Notes: generated by a model not told the origin, from the letters alone. Shown: positions 24,801 through 39,031, numbered from the stretch's first letter. The stretch is DNA of 64,000 nt from Octopus sinensis (GCF_006345805.1 NC_043014.1:7626001-7690000), one strand, 5' to 3'. A program made the numbers and translations.

Positions 24801-27800
24801 CAAAGAATTTAGTAAAATAACTTAGTTATCATTCAGCTAGTGTTATGAACGTAAATTGTGACTAAGGTTTGGTGGAAGATTTGAATTCAAAACTTAAGGA
24901 AACAAGATATTTGTACTCAGAGCCAGAGCTGGTTTCAGCCGGGTTGGTATCAAAAGGGTTAAGAATTGTTTCTCTATTATATATATTTTAATCCTTTTGT
25001 TACCATATTTCTATTGAGATGTTCTGTGTTTCTTTCAATTAATTTTAAATATAACAAAGAATTTAGTAAAATAACTTGGTTATCATTAAGCTAGTGTCAG
25101 GAACATAAATTGTGACTAAGGTTTGGTGGAAGATTTTAATTCAGAACTTTTGAAGACAAGACATTTGTACTACAGAGCCAGAGCTGGTTTCAGCCGAGTT
25201 GGTATCAAAAGGGTTAAGAATTGTTTCTCTATTATATATTTTAACCTTTTTGTTACCATATTTCTATTGAGATGTTCTGTGTTTCTTTCAATTACTTTAA
25301 ATATAACAAAATATTTAGTAAAATAACTTGGTTATCATTAAACTAGTGTTAGGAACATAAATTGTGACTAAGGTTTGATTGAAGATTTTAATTCAGAACT
25401 TTTGAAAACAAGACATTTGTACTCAGAGCCAGAGGTGGTTTCAGCCAGGTTGGTATCAAAAGGGTTAAGCTGGTATTAGGAACATAAATTGTGACTAAGG
25501 ATGAAAGGCAGAGTCGACCTCAGCAGAATTTGTGAAAACGAAAATAGGAATTTTGATAGAAGTTCCCATAAAACTGGTTTTTAAATATTGAATGGCTTTG
25601 GGGGTTCACCAGGATAAAATAGCAATAAAAAGGGTCCATAGCTAAAAAGTGGTTGAGAACGTTTGCTTTGAGAGCAGGGGTCTCCAAAGTAGTTGATATC
25701 AACCTGGGAGTTGATGGCACTATTCAAGGGGGTCGATAAATGCACATCTACTTTATTATTTACTTATTTTCCTGTACATGCCTGGGGGTCAATGAGGGGT
25801 CAAGAATTCCATGAAGTGGTCGATGGCTTAAAAAGTTCAGGGACTCCTGCTTTAGAGCATCAGAAAGAAATGCCTTGTGGTTTCTTTTTTTCCAAATTTC
25901 TCTGTTCTAAGTTCATATCCTGTTGAGATCAACTTTGCTTCTTAGACTTTTTGCCTTTGCTAGAAACTGTTGTTAATGTTGTTGTTATTAGCTTTACAGT
26001 TCTATATTTAAGAGATGAGGAATTATTGACATTATTTACATTATTTACATTTGACGGATATTTGTCCTCATCTTGTTTGTTGATAACACAACATTTCGGC
26101 TGATAAACCCTCCAGCCTTCTGCAGGGAAATTTCGAACCTGGGTTTCGATGTTATTATTATTATTATTATTTAAGTCACTGCCTGGAATTGAACTCAGAA
26201 TCTTGGGGTTAGTCGCCTGCGCTCTTAACCACTACACCATATACCCGTGAACAATTATGGAGTGAATTTTAGGGCTTAGAAATCTAATATTTTCCTATCC
26301 TTCCTTAATATTAATAATAATAATAACCTCAAAAAATACCTTAGGAATGAGAACCCAGGTTTGAAATTTCCCCAGGACACCTGATGAAGGCTGGAGGGTA
26401 TATCAGCCGAAATAAGATGAGGACAAATATCCATCAAATGTAATTAATGTTGTTGTTGTTAACAGTAAGAAATTACTAAACAGTTTGAGATTTTTTGTTT
26501 GTTTACAATTTTTAATTTTTTTTAATGTTTTTTTTTCCAGTTAGAACAGAGTGGGAAACTCAACAAACAAGTTGCAGATGAGGTAAGTCTTATATGTGTG
26601 TGTCTGTGTGTCCATCACTGTTGTCATTATTGTACAACCCCAGGTCAGCTCTGGTTCAGCAGCATGCTCATGATGCCATGTAGTGATCTGTTGTTTCAGG
26701 TATATTGTGCCTCTGCCTAACAGAGAACCATGATGCACATTGTGGCATTGTTTGCATTCTGTATTATGTCCTTCAGAGACTTCCATACTTATGTTGTTTC
26801 TTTTTATTATTGCAAACACAAGTTCAAAGGTCATTTTGGAATTTACTACTATTTTGAGGATATTTAAACTTTTCCAAGGCAATTATAATAAAACTGACTA
26901 ATCACTTCTTTTGCCTTATATCATACTAGCAGTATAGCTCAGCGTTGCTCGGGCTTGTTTTCTTTTCGACCCTTTAGAATTGAAATTTTTGAAAAGTAAA
27001 AATTTTGGCATTATGTAGCTTGTTATTCTCTTTAAGTGAATATTTTTCTGGTTGAAATACACCAAAAAATAGCGACACAGCAGGCAAAAAATCGTAAAAA
27101 ATAGGGATTTTCATAGAAAAAAAAAGCACCTTATTGATGTAAATAATTTTTGGTGTTAACATGGTCTGATTTGAATTTTTTCTTCTATGGAAGGAAGAGC
27201 AAGCCTTCTTCTATCATACTCTCAATTTTGGTCAACTTACGCCGCAGTGTCTCGGAGGAGATAGTGTTAGTTGAAGGCTACTAAATCTGCCATACACAGA
27301 CAACTTCAGCTTTATATATAGAGAGATTACTAAAGAACAAGCAGTGTGTATAATACACGTGACCACAAGGTCGACTTTGCCTTTCATCCTTTCGGGGTCG
27401 ATAAATTAAGCACCAGTTACGCACTGCGGTCGATGTAGCCGACTTAATCCCCTTGTCTGTCCTTGTTTGTCGGATTCACTTTATAGATGAATAAATATTG
27501 TAATTTCTCATCATTTCGTGGCATCGTTTCTAACCTTATTTTTGTTTTTTGTTTTAGTACCTTCCACCTGAAAGTTCTGATATCACATACCTCAAAGGAC
27601 ACAAGCTACCAATCACCTGTATTGTAATCACTCCAGATAATAACTACGTTTTCAGTGCTTCCAAAGATTGCTCTATTATCAAATGTAAGCCTTTTCGGGT
27701 TTTTTGTTGTTGTTGTCTTTTTCGCTGTAGCGTGTCTCTTGTAATCAGTGTGTGTGTGTGTTCTTGTGAGTTCCTGTACATTCATGTTCATCATCATCAT

Positions 27801-30800
27801 CATCATCATCATCCTCGTTTAATGTCCGCTTTCCATGCTAGCATGGGTTGGACGATTTTGACCGAGTGCTGGCGAACCAGATGGCTGCACCAGGCTCCAA
27901 TCTTGATTTGGCAGAGTTTCTACAGCTGGATGCCCTTCCTAACGCCAACCACTTCGAGAGTGTAGTGGGTGCTTTTTACGTGCCACCAGCTCAGGGGCCA
28001 GTCAGGTGATACTGGCAATGACCTCACTCAAATCTTTTTACACATGCCACCAGCCCAGGTGCCAGCAAGGCGATGTTGGTAACGATCACGCTCTAATGGT
28101 GCCCTTTTACGTGCCACCGGCAGGGAAGCCAGTTGGCTGCTTTGGCAACGATCACGCTTGGATGGTGCTCTTGGAACCCTACTAGCACGGGCACAAGTGC
28201 CAGTAAGGCGACGCTGGTAATGATCATACTCGAATGGTGCCTTTTATGTGCCACTGGTACGGAAGCCGGTTATCCGCTCTGTCAATGATCACGCTCGTAT
28301 GGTGCTCTTTGCACCCCGCTAGTACGGATGCCAGTCATCGAATGTGATTTTGATTTTGATTGTTGTGGTTATATTTCCATATTTGTTAGTGTATGTATGT
28401 GTGGCACTTCCTCGCATATGGTATGGTCATGTGTTACGTATGAATGAAGACAGCTGTGTGAGGAAGTGCCACTCCTTAACTGTAGAAGGAACCTGTAGAA
28501 GAGGTAGATCCAGGAAGACATGGGATGAAGTGGTGAAGCATAACCTTTGAACATTGGGCCTCACAGAGGCAATGATAGGAGACCGGGACCTTTGGAGATA
28601 CGCTGTGATTGAGAAGACCCGGCAACTAATGTGAGATCACAGCTGCACATGTCCGGCCCTGTTAAGAGTACCCCTGGTGTGTCAGGTGATATAATATACT
28701 TGAAAATACTTGTTGAGTCAAGCAAAACCAATATCGTAGCTGTGGCCAGTACACCCTATCAGGCGGCACTGGCATTGACCATGCTCAAATAGTGCTTTTT
28801 ATGTGCCACTGGCACGGGTGCCAGTCAGGCAGTACTGGCATCAGCCACAACTACAATTTCGCTTGACTCAACAGGTCTTCACAAGCACAGTTTATTGCTC
28901 AATGATTGAAAGGTACTTTTTAAATGGGCTGGTTATGTGATATTGGCATCAGCCATGTAAATAAATAATCGTTGCAATTGACAGAACAGTCTGAAAGCTA
29001 AAGGGTTAATACTCTTTTTTGTGTTGGAATGGGTTGAACAGTTTGGCCTGAAGGAACCTGTGAGCCAGAGGGTTGCACCTAGGTCCAAGGTCTGCTTTGG
29101 CATAGTTTCTGCAGTTGGGTGTCTTTCTCTCACTGCCAACCACTTCTCAGAGTGTACTGGATGTTTCTTTGGTTTGTGTGACACCAGCATGGGTGGGGTC
29201 ACCAAGGCCAAGACCCTTTCAAGTGAGTGGGGTGTAGTGTTGAGGGATACGTCAGTATGATACACAGATAGGAGCAAGTGTCTTGCTCAAGAGGTGAATA
29301 CATGGCTTTCCCCACTCGGAAAGAGAGAGAAGGATATGAGAGGTCAAAGTACAAAGTGCATATGGCATAGTGGTTAAGAGCGCGGGCTACTAACCCCAAG
29401 ATTTCAGGTTCGATTCCAGGCAGTGACCTGAATAACAATAATAATAATTAATTCTTTTATTTTTAATAATTAATTCTTTTATAATGACAATAATAATAAT
29501 AATATCAAAAAATACCTTAGGTTAAGAACCCAAGTTCGAAATTTCCCCAAGACACCTGACGAAGGCTGGAGGGTATACCAGCCGAAATGTTGTGTTAACA
29601 ACAAACAAGATGAGGACAAATATCCGTCAAATGTAAATAATGTAAATAATGTAATTTTGTCTTATTTTTTTTTTTCTTTGACAGGGAGTGTAGCGAAATG
29701 TTCCAAAGTCCATAAAATTCCACGAGTGGAAAAGGGAGCCGAGGGTGTGAAAGTGGGTCACACGACACACATATTAGCACTAGCGATATCATCTGATGGA
29801 GAATTTCTGGTGAGTGATTTTTACCAAACTTGTCGTATCTCGCAGACCCTAAGCCCCTTTCTTGTTTACTTTTGGTCTTATTTCTTTGTCTGCCACTGTC
29901 ACAATTGCCCAGTGGTTAGGGCAGCGGACTCGCGGTCGGAGGATCGCGGTTTCAATTCCCAGACCGGGCATTATGAGTGTTTATTGAGCAAAAACACCTA
30001 AAGCTCCATGAGGCTCCGGCAGGGGATGGTGGTGATCCCTGCTGTGCTCTTTCACCACAACTTTCTCTCGCTCTTTCTTCCTGTTTCTGTTGTACCTGTA
30101 TTTCAAAGGGCCAGTCTTGTCACATTCTGTGTGTCACGCTGAATCTCCTCGAGAACTACATTAAGGGTGCACGTGTCTGTGGAGTGCTCAGCCACTTACA
30201 CGTTAATTTCACGAGCAGGCTGTTCCGTTGATTCGGATCAACCGGAACCCTCGTCGTCGTAACCAACGGAGTGCTCCTACTATATTTCTTTGTCTGCCTC
30301 TGTCACAACTGGTGCCCTTTCGTTACCTCTAACCCCTTTTTTCATTGAGGCAGTAAGTTGCTTGATTTGCCAGCAATAGCAACCAAATCTCCTTCAGATT
30401 ATATTGCCTTATCTTAACGAAAAGATGCATTATATAACAAGACCTTAAACATGGGATGGTCATATCTGGAATGTCTTTTGATGATAGATCTATATGCCCC
30501 CCACCGTGTTTGTGTGTGTATCGATGCTACTAGCTTTGATGTTTATAAACAGATTGGGGCATCCTGGCGTTAGGAAGGGCATCCAGCTGTAGAAACACTG
30601 CCAGATCAGACTGGGCCTAGTGCAGCCTTCTGGCTTCCCAGACCCCAGGTGAACTGTTTAACCCATGCTAGCATGGAAAGCGGACGCTAAACGATGATGA
30701 TGATAATTCCTGACGTTAACTGTCCCAAATGAATTCAGGATTCAATTCTTTTCCCATTCGACAACAATGCAAACTATAAAAGCAGAGTTATCTCCCTTGC

Positions 30801-33223
30801 TACGTTTCGCGACCTCAAAGGTTCCTTTATCGTAACACATCTTACCACAAATGCTAAGCTCTTTCACCTGTCGACTATTTTTACCTCATTATTTATGCAG
30901 AATCAGTTAACTCTGTACTGCTTTATAGTATGTTATGCAGTTATTTCTCTCAGTTCCCCTCCGGGATCTTTTCGGTTTGAACGGCAGTTTTTTAAAATAA
31001 TTTCCACGTAACTCCAGGCACAGGAGTGGCTGTGTGGTAATTAGCTTGCTAACCAACCACATGGTTCCGGGTTCAGTCCCACTGCGTGGCATCTTGGGCA
31101 AGTGTCTTCTGCTATAGCCCCGGGCTGACCAATGCCTTGTGAGTGGATTTGGTAGACGGAAACTGAAAGAAGCCCGTCGTATATATGTATATATATGTGT
31201 TTGTGTGTCTGTGTTTGTCCCCCTAGCATTGCTTGACAACCAATGCTGGTGTGTTTACGTCCCCGTCACTTAGCGGTTCGGCAAAGGAGACCGATAGAAT
31301 AAGTACTGGGCTTACAAAGAATAAGTCCTGGGGTCAATTTGCTCGTCTAAAGGCGGTGCTCCAGCATGGCCGCAGTTAAATGACTGAAACAAGTAAAAGA
31401 GAGAGTAACTAAACACTTTTAAACTTTGTATACTAGTAGAATGTGTTTATAAAACATCTTTTTCTCTTGGCTTTATTGAGAAAATTCTATAGTTTGTAAG
31501 ATACTTGTTGTTTTTTTTTCTTCACTTTCTGCAATTTCAACCAATCAATGACGTCTATTGAGGTAAAAAAAAACAACATTCTGTGCCGTATGAATATGTC
31601 CCTCGTTTAAGAGACAGATTGGGTTTATTTACATTTGTGAAGAAAAAAAGATACCCTTCCCACTAACCCTAAAACAGATTGTAATGCAATAGATCGATAC
31701 TAGGGTCATAATTATGGGTGACAATTTCATATGACACCGCTAGAAAAAAACTGCTGTTCAAACCGAAAAGGATCCCTCCTCCTCCCCTAGCTGGCAGAAT
31801 CTTTATTCCGCTGGGCGAAATTCTCTTATTCTGTTATTCTTTGCTGCAGTCATTTGATTGAGGCCATGCTGGAGCACCGCCTTTAATCGAACAAAACGAC
31901 CGGAAGACTTAGTTTTTGTAAGCCTAGTACTTATTCTATCGGTCTCTTTTGCTGAACTGCTAAGTTACGGGGGGTGGGTGGAGGTTCTTTAAACACACCA
32001 ACATTGGTTGTCAAATGATGATGATGATGATGATGGAGGGAGGTTTCAAATACAGACGCACAAATATGGGGACACGGACACACACACACACGACAGGCTT
32101 CTTTCAGTTTCCGTCTACCAAATCCACTCACAAGGCATTGGTCGGCCCGGGGCTATAGCAGAAGACATTTGCCCAAGATGCCACGCAGTGGGACTGAACC
32201 TGGAACCATGTGGTTGGGAAGCAAGCTTCTTACTACACAGCCACTCCTGCATCTGCACACAACCACGGTATTTTGTCTGCTACCACGTTTCGAGTTCAAA
32301 TTCGGCTGAGGTCGACTTTGCCTTTCATCCTTTTGGGGTCGATAAATCAAGTTCCGGTGATACACTGGGATCAATGTAATCGACTAGTACCTTCCACCCA
32401 AAATTTCTGCCTTGTGCCTCTAGTAGAAAGGATTATTATTATTATGACCGAAAGTGGCCTGCTGGCAGAATTGTTAGCACACGGAGCAAGATGCTTAGCG
32501 TAGCATTTCGTCTGTCTCCACGTTCTGAGTTCAAATTCCACTGAGGTCAGCTTTGCCTTTTATCTGTTCAGGGTTGATAAAATAAGTACCTGTTGCATAC
32601 TGGGGTTGATGTAATTGACTCTTAGCCTCTCCCCTGAAATTGCAGGCCTGTGCCAAAATATGAAATAATAATAATAATAATAAAAGAGAAGAATGCAACT
32701 GTTATCAAATGAACAATATTTTGATATCTCGTGTGTCTTCCACAGGTTGAAAATAAACAAATATAGGCGCAGGAGTGGCTATGTGGTAAGTCGCTTGCTT
32801 ACCAACCACATGGTTCCGGGTTCAGTCCCACTGCGTGGCATCTTGGGCAAGTGTCTTCTGCTATAGCCTCGGGCCGACCAAAGCCTTGTGAGTGGATTTG
32901 GTAGACAGAAACTGAAAGAAGCCCATCGTATATATGTATATATATATGTGTGTATGTGTGCGTATGTTTGTGTGTCTGTGTTTTTCTCCACCAACATCGC
33001 CTGACAACCGATGCTGGTGTGTTTACGTCCCCGTAACTTAGCGGTTCGGCAAAAGAGACCGATAGAATAAGTACTAGGCTTACAAAGAATAAGTCCTGGG
33101 GTCTAGTTGCTCGACTAAAGGCAGTGCTCCAGCATGGCCACAGTCAAATGACTGAAACAAGTAAAAGAGTAAAAGAATTCAATCTTTTTCATTTTGGTAA
33201 TACTTATAGGATTGATGATGTTG

Positions 33224-33268
<45 letters not shown>

Positions 33269-36200
33269 TATTATTATTATCTGGAGTTCAATGTTTTTTT
33301 TTTTTTGTTATCTTTAAAGGTGTCGGGTGACAAGAGTAAGTTAATACACATCTGGAATCCAACCAATTGCCAGCATATACAAACGTTTAAGGGTCACCGT
33401 GATGCCATCACAGTAAGTCTTCAAACATTTTGCTTGCATTTCTCCCTACTTCCACCCCTCTACCAAAGGAGGCCCAAGTCCTTTCACACACGCACAAGTA
33501 TGCATGCACAACGGGAACTTCCACCAACCAATTTCAATCACAAGGCTTTGGTCAGCCCAAGGACATTGTCAAAGATACTTGCCCAAGGTGCCACAGTAAG
33601 AATTTAGTAAAATAACTTGGTTATCATTCAGCTAGTGTCAGGAACATAAATTGTGACTAAGGTTTGGTGGAAGATTTTGATTCAGAACTTATGAAAGCAA
33701 GATATTTGTACTCAGAGCCAAAGGTTGTTTTAACCAGGTTGGTAACGAAAGGGTTAAGAATTGTTTCTCTATTATATATATTTTAACCCTTTTGTTACCA
33801 AATTTCTGTTGAGATACTCTGTGTTTCTTTCAATTAATTTTAAATATAACAAAGAATTTAGTAAAATAACCTTATTATCATTAAGATAGTGTTAGGAACA
33901 TAAACTGAGACTAAGGTTTGGTGGAAGATTTTAATTCAAATCTTATGAAAACAGGACATTTGTACTCAGAGCCAGAGTTTGTTTCAATCAAGTTGGCATC
34001 AAAAGGGTTAAGAATTGTTTCTCTATTATATATTTTAACCCTTTCGTTACTGTATTTCTGTTGAGATACTCTATGTTTTTTTTCAATTGATTTTAAATAT
34101 AACAAAGAATTTAGTAAAATAACTTCATTATCATTCAACTAGTGTTAGGAACATAAATTGTGACTAAGGTTTGTGCGAAGATTCTAATTCAGAACTTTTG
34201 AAAACAAGACATTTGTACAACAGAACCAGAGGTGGTTTCAGGTGAGTTGGTACCGAAAGGGTTAAACCAGCCATATCTGGCCCAAATGTTCAACATGTTT
34301 TATGTTTAAATTGTCAAGATCTGATCTCTCACACCTACCCTACAATGTCATTCTAAAAATAAACAATCACATCTTTGAAGTCTCAAAACCACAAGATTAT
34401 CAGCATAATTAATTCAAAACAATGTGAATAATTAGTTATAACATTTGACAGAATAATTTGCATGCTAAAGGGTTAAAACATTAAAACCATTTTTTTGTTC
34501 TTTTGTTATTATTGTAATCTCTCGTTAAATTTAATAATCTTTAATTCTATACTTCTAATTCTCTTTGTTTCTTCAGGGTTTAGCCTTCCGGAAGAATACT
34601 CACCAAATGTTTAGCTGTTCCCAAGACCGTTCTGTGAAAGTGTGGGATTTAGACCAGATGTCCTATGTTGAAACACTGTAAGTTGGTAGCGCCAGCTTCC
34701 CCGATCCAAGAATTCTTCCTAATTTAGGTTTTTTACAAACTGCTTAGAAATAATATCAGTTTGTTATTTATAGGCGCCGGTGTGGCTGTGTGGTAAGAAG
34801 CTTGCTTCCCAACCACATGGTTCTGGGTTCAGTCCCACTGCGTGGCACTTTGGGCAAGTGACTTCTACTATAGCCTCGGGCTACCAAAGCCCTGTGAGTA
34901 GATTTGGTTGATGGAAACTGAAAGAAGCCCATTGTATATGTGTGTGTGTTTGTATATCTGTGTGTGTATATATATGTGGGTGTATGTATATGTGGGTGTG
35001 TGTATATATATATATCTGTGTGTGGTGTCTTTGTCTCTGTTTGTCCCCACCATTGCTTGACAACCGGTGTTGGTGTGTTTACGTCCCCATAACTTAGCAG
35101 TTCAGTAAATAGAGACCAATTGAACAAGTAGTAGACTTTAAAAAAATAAGTCTTGGAGGTTGATTTGTTCGACTAAAACCCTTCAAGGTGGCGGTGCTCC
35201 AGCATGGCCACTGTCAAATGACTGACACTCACAACCATATGGTCATGAGATCAATTCCTGGGGGGTGCATTGTGCCCTTGGGCAAGACACTTCACCTCCC
35301 TTTGCTCCAGTTCAATCACCTGGCAAAAATGAGATGAGTTTTACCAGTAATTCAAAGGGGCCAGCCTTGTCACACTTTGCGTCATGCTGAATCTCCCCGA
35401 GAACTATGCCAAGGTTGCATGTGTCTGTGGAGTACTCAGCCACTAGTGCGTTAATTTCACAAGCTGGCTGTTGTACCACTCTGTTTTCTTTCTATACTCT
35501 ACTGGCTGTATTCAGTAAACATCATCATCATCACCATCATCATCAAACCATGGGTCAGATGGAATTCTTTGAAGCAGAGGTTGTACAGTTGGGTGCCCTT
35601 CCTGTCACCAACCCTCGCCTATCTCCAAGCAGGGTTCTGTTTCCCCTTGGCTGGACATATTTTCATGGCACCCTTGAATGTGAGCAAATTTCCTTATATG
35701 TCACTAACACTCATTTACCATAATCGCTCGATGTCAAGATAAAGGGACACTAACACAATGGGCTTCTTTCAGTTTCCATCTACCGAATCCACTCACAAGG
35801 CTTATGGTTGGCCTGGTGCTATTGTAGAAGACACTTGCCCAAGGTGCCACGCAGTGGGACTGAACACGGATTCATGTGGTTGGGAAGTGATCTTATTAAC
35901 CCCATGGCCATGTTCTCATAATTAGAACCAAACGCCTTATTAAGCCTACCTGCTTGTTTTCTTCACATAAAGGTATTTTGTATTTCACACCTGTACACTT
36001 TGAATTGCTCAGCAGCTGGATTGTTTAAGAAGGACTCGAAAATTGTCACTGCTGATCAAATGGTCATCATCACCATCACCATCATCAGACATTCTGTTAT
36101 CCCTTAGAGTGACCCACTGTTCTTGAGGAGGCCTATTGAGTCAAGTACATCAACATCAAAATAAAAGTTCAATTGGAAATTGCAGTTAAGACACCTGTGC

Positions 36201-39000
36201 CGGTGACACGTAAAAAGCACCGTACAAACGTGGCAGATGCCAGCGCCGCCTGACTGGTGTCTATGTTAGTGACACGTAAAAGTACCAACCGATTGTGGTT
36301 GTTTGCCAGCCTCGTCTGGCACCTGTGCAGGTGGCACGTAAAAAGCACCCACTACACTCACGGAGTGGTTGGCGTTAGGAAGGGCATCCAGCTGTAGAAA
36401 CACTGCCAGATCAGACTGGAGTCTGGTGCAGCCTCCATGGCTTCCAGACTCCGGTCGAACCGTCCGACCCATGCTAGCATGGAAAACGGACGTTAAATGA
36501 TGATGTATGGGTTGTCATTTGTGAAAGCATGCACACACACACACACACGTATGCATATTTGCCTGTTTCTGTCTATCAAATTTTACTTAATCCTTTTGTT
36601 ACTGACCGGTCCGAGATAATCCTTGATTACACCACACAAATTCACTGTCTTAAAACAATCTAAATTAAAATCTTCCATCCCAATATAACTTTTAATTTGT
36701 TCCAGACAGCAGCTTAATAACAAGAAAATTATTTTATCAAATTCTTCATTATTTTAAAAATTCTAATTGAAACAAAGATGGTGTGTGTAAACAGAAATAT
36801 GCTAATTGCATTTCTGTTGAGATGCTCTGTGTTTCTTTCAATTAATTTTAAATATAACGAATTTAGTAAAATAACTTAGTTATCATTCAGCTAGTGTTAG
36901 GAACATAAATGGTGACAAAGGTTTGGTGGAAGATTTTGATTCAGAACTTTTGGAAACAAGACATTTATACTACAGAACCAGAGGCAGCTTCAGCTAGGTT
37001 GGTATCAAAAGGATTAAGAATTGTTTCTCTATTATATATATTTTAACCCTTTTGTTACCATATATCTGTTGAGATGCTCCGTGTTTCTTTCAATTAATTT
37101 TAAATATAACAAAGAATTTAGTAAATTAACTTAGTTACCATTAAGCTAGTGTTAGGAACATAAATTGTGACTAAGGTTTGGTGGAAGATTTCGATTCAAA
37201 ACTTATGAAAACAAGACATTTGTACAACAGAGCCAGTTTCAGCCAGGTTTGTATCAAAAGGATTAAGAATTGTTTCTCTATTATGTATTTTAACCCTTTT
37301 GTTACCATATTTCTGTTCAGATGCTGTGTTTCTTTCAATTAATTTTAAATATAACAAAGAATTTAGTAAAATAACTTAGTTATCATTAAGCTAGTGTTAG
37401 GAACATAAATTGTGACTAAGGTTTGGTGGAAGATTTTAATTCAGAACTTATGAAAACAAGACAGAACCAGAAGCAGTTTCAGCCAGGTTGGTCACGAATG
37501 GGTTAAAACAACAGCCAAAGGCTTTAGTAAGAAACACTCCCACAAGGTGCCTCACTGTGGGATTGAACCTGAAAAGCCTCCAGTGGCAAAACAAACACAC
37601 ACCTCCATGTCTGTGCCTGCCCTTAACCCTAATTATTCCTAAACTCTTTTGTGTTTCCAGATTTGGCCACCAAGACACGATAACCGGTATCGACTCTCTG
37701 ACAAGAGAGAGAGCTTTGACATCTGGAGGTCGAGATGGTTCCGTTCGTATTTGGAAGATTCTAGAAGAATCGCAGTTGGTCTTTAATGGTCACAAGTAAG
37801 TTAAATAAATCATTTTTTCCATTTTTCATTTTATTTTTTTATATCTCAGGTGCAGGAGTGGCTCTGTGGTAAGTAGCTTGCTTACCAATCACATGGTTCC
37901 GGGTTCAGTCCCACTGCGTGGCATCTTGGGCAAGTGTCTTCTACTATAGCGTCGGGCCAACCAAAGCCTTGTGAGTGGATTTGGTAGACGGAAACTGAAA
38001 GAAGCCTGTCATATATATGTATATATATATATGTGTTTGTGTGTCTGTGTTTGTCCCTCTAGTATTGCTTGACAACCGATGCTGGTGTGTTTATGTCCCC
38101 GTCACTTAGCGGTTCGGCAAAAGAGACCGATAGAATAAGTACTGGGCTTAAAAAGAATAAGTCCCGGGTCGAGTTGCTCGATTAAAGGTGGTGCTCCAGC
38201 ATGGCCACAGTTAAATGACTGAAACAAGTAAAAGAGTAGAAGAGTATCATTATTATTGTTCTAAAATTAACCCATGCTAGCATGAAAATCATTGTTTAAC
38301 GTCCGCTTTCCATGCTAGCATGGGTTGGACGATTTTGACTGAGGTCTGGTGAACCAGATGGCTGCACCAGGCTCCAGTCTGATCTGGCAGAGTTTCTACA
38401 GCTGGATGCCCTTCCTAACGCCAACCACTCCGAGAGTGTAGTGGGTGCTTTTTACATGCCACTGGCACGAGGGCCAGTCAGGCGGTACTGGCAACGACCT
38501 CGCTCGAATCCTTTTACACATGCCACCAGCACAGGTGCCAGTAAGGCGACTTTGGTAACGAAAAGCGGACGTTAAATGATGATGATGATGATGATGATGT
38601 CAGGGCAGTTTTCTCCAGCCAGATCTCCTGCCTCACTGTCACCGATGCCCAACTGTTTCGAAGCAAGGTACTAAATCTACCCAGTCTTATAAAACAACAG
38701 ACAACCTGGCCATGGTTGTATAAAGAACTGGAAACACACCGCATTGCCTGAATGAGGGGTTTCGTTAACAAAGGTCACACAACAGGAAAGGTGGTGGTGG
38801 TGGCGGCTGCTGCTGCTGCTATTGTTTCAAATTTTGCCACAAGGGCAGCAGTTTTGGGGGAGGGGGATGAGTCGATTACATTGACCCCAGGGTTTCACTG
38901 GTACTTAGTTCATCGATCCTTAAAGGATGAAAGGCAAAGTCAACCTTGGTGGAATTTGAACTCAGAACATAAAGATGAGTGAAATGCCACTAAGCCTTTA

Positions 39001-39031
<31 letters not shown>

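Noticed and set aside
26200-26245. tRNA-like heads of SINE families A, B, E and F as tRNA genes
   Set aside because: No complete cloverleaf was seen, and each continues into a repeat body.
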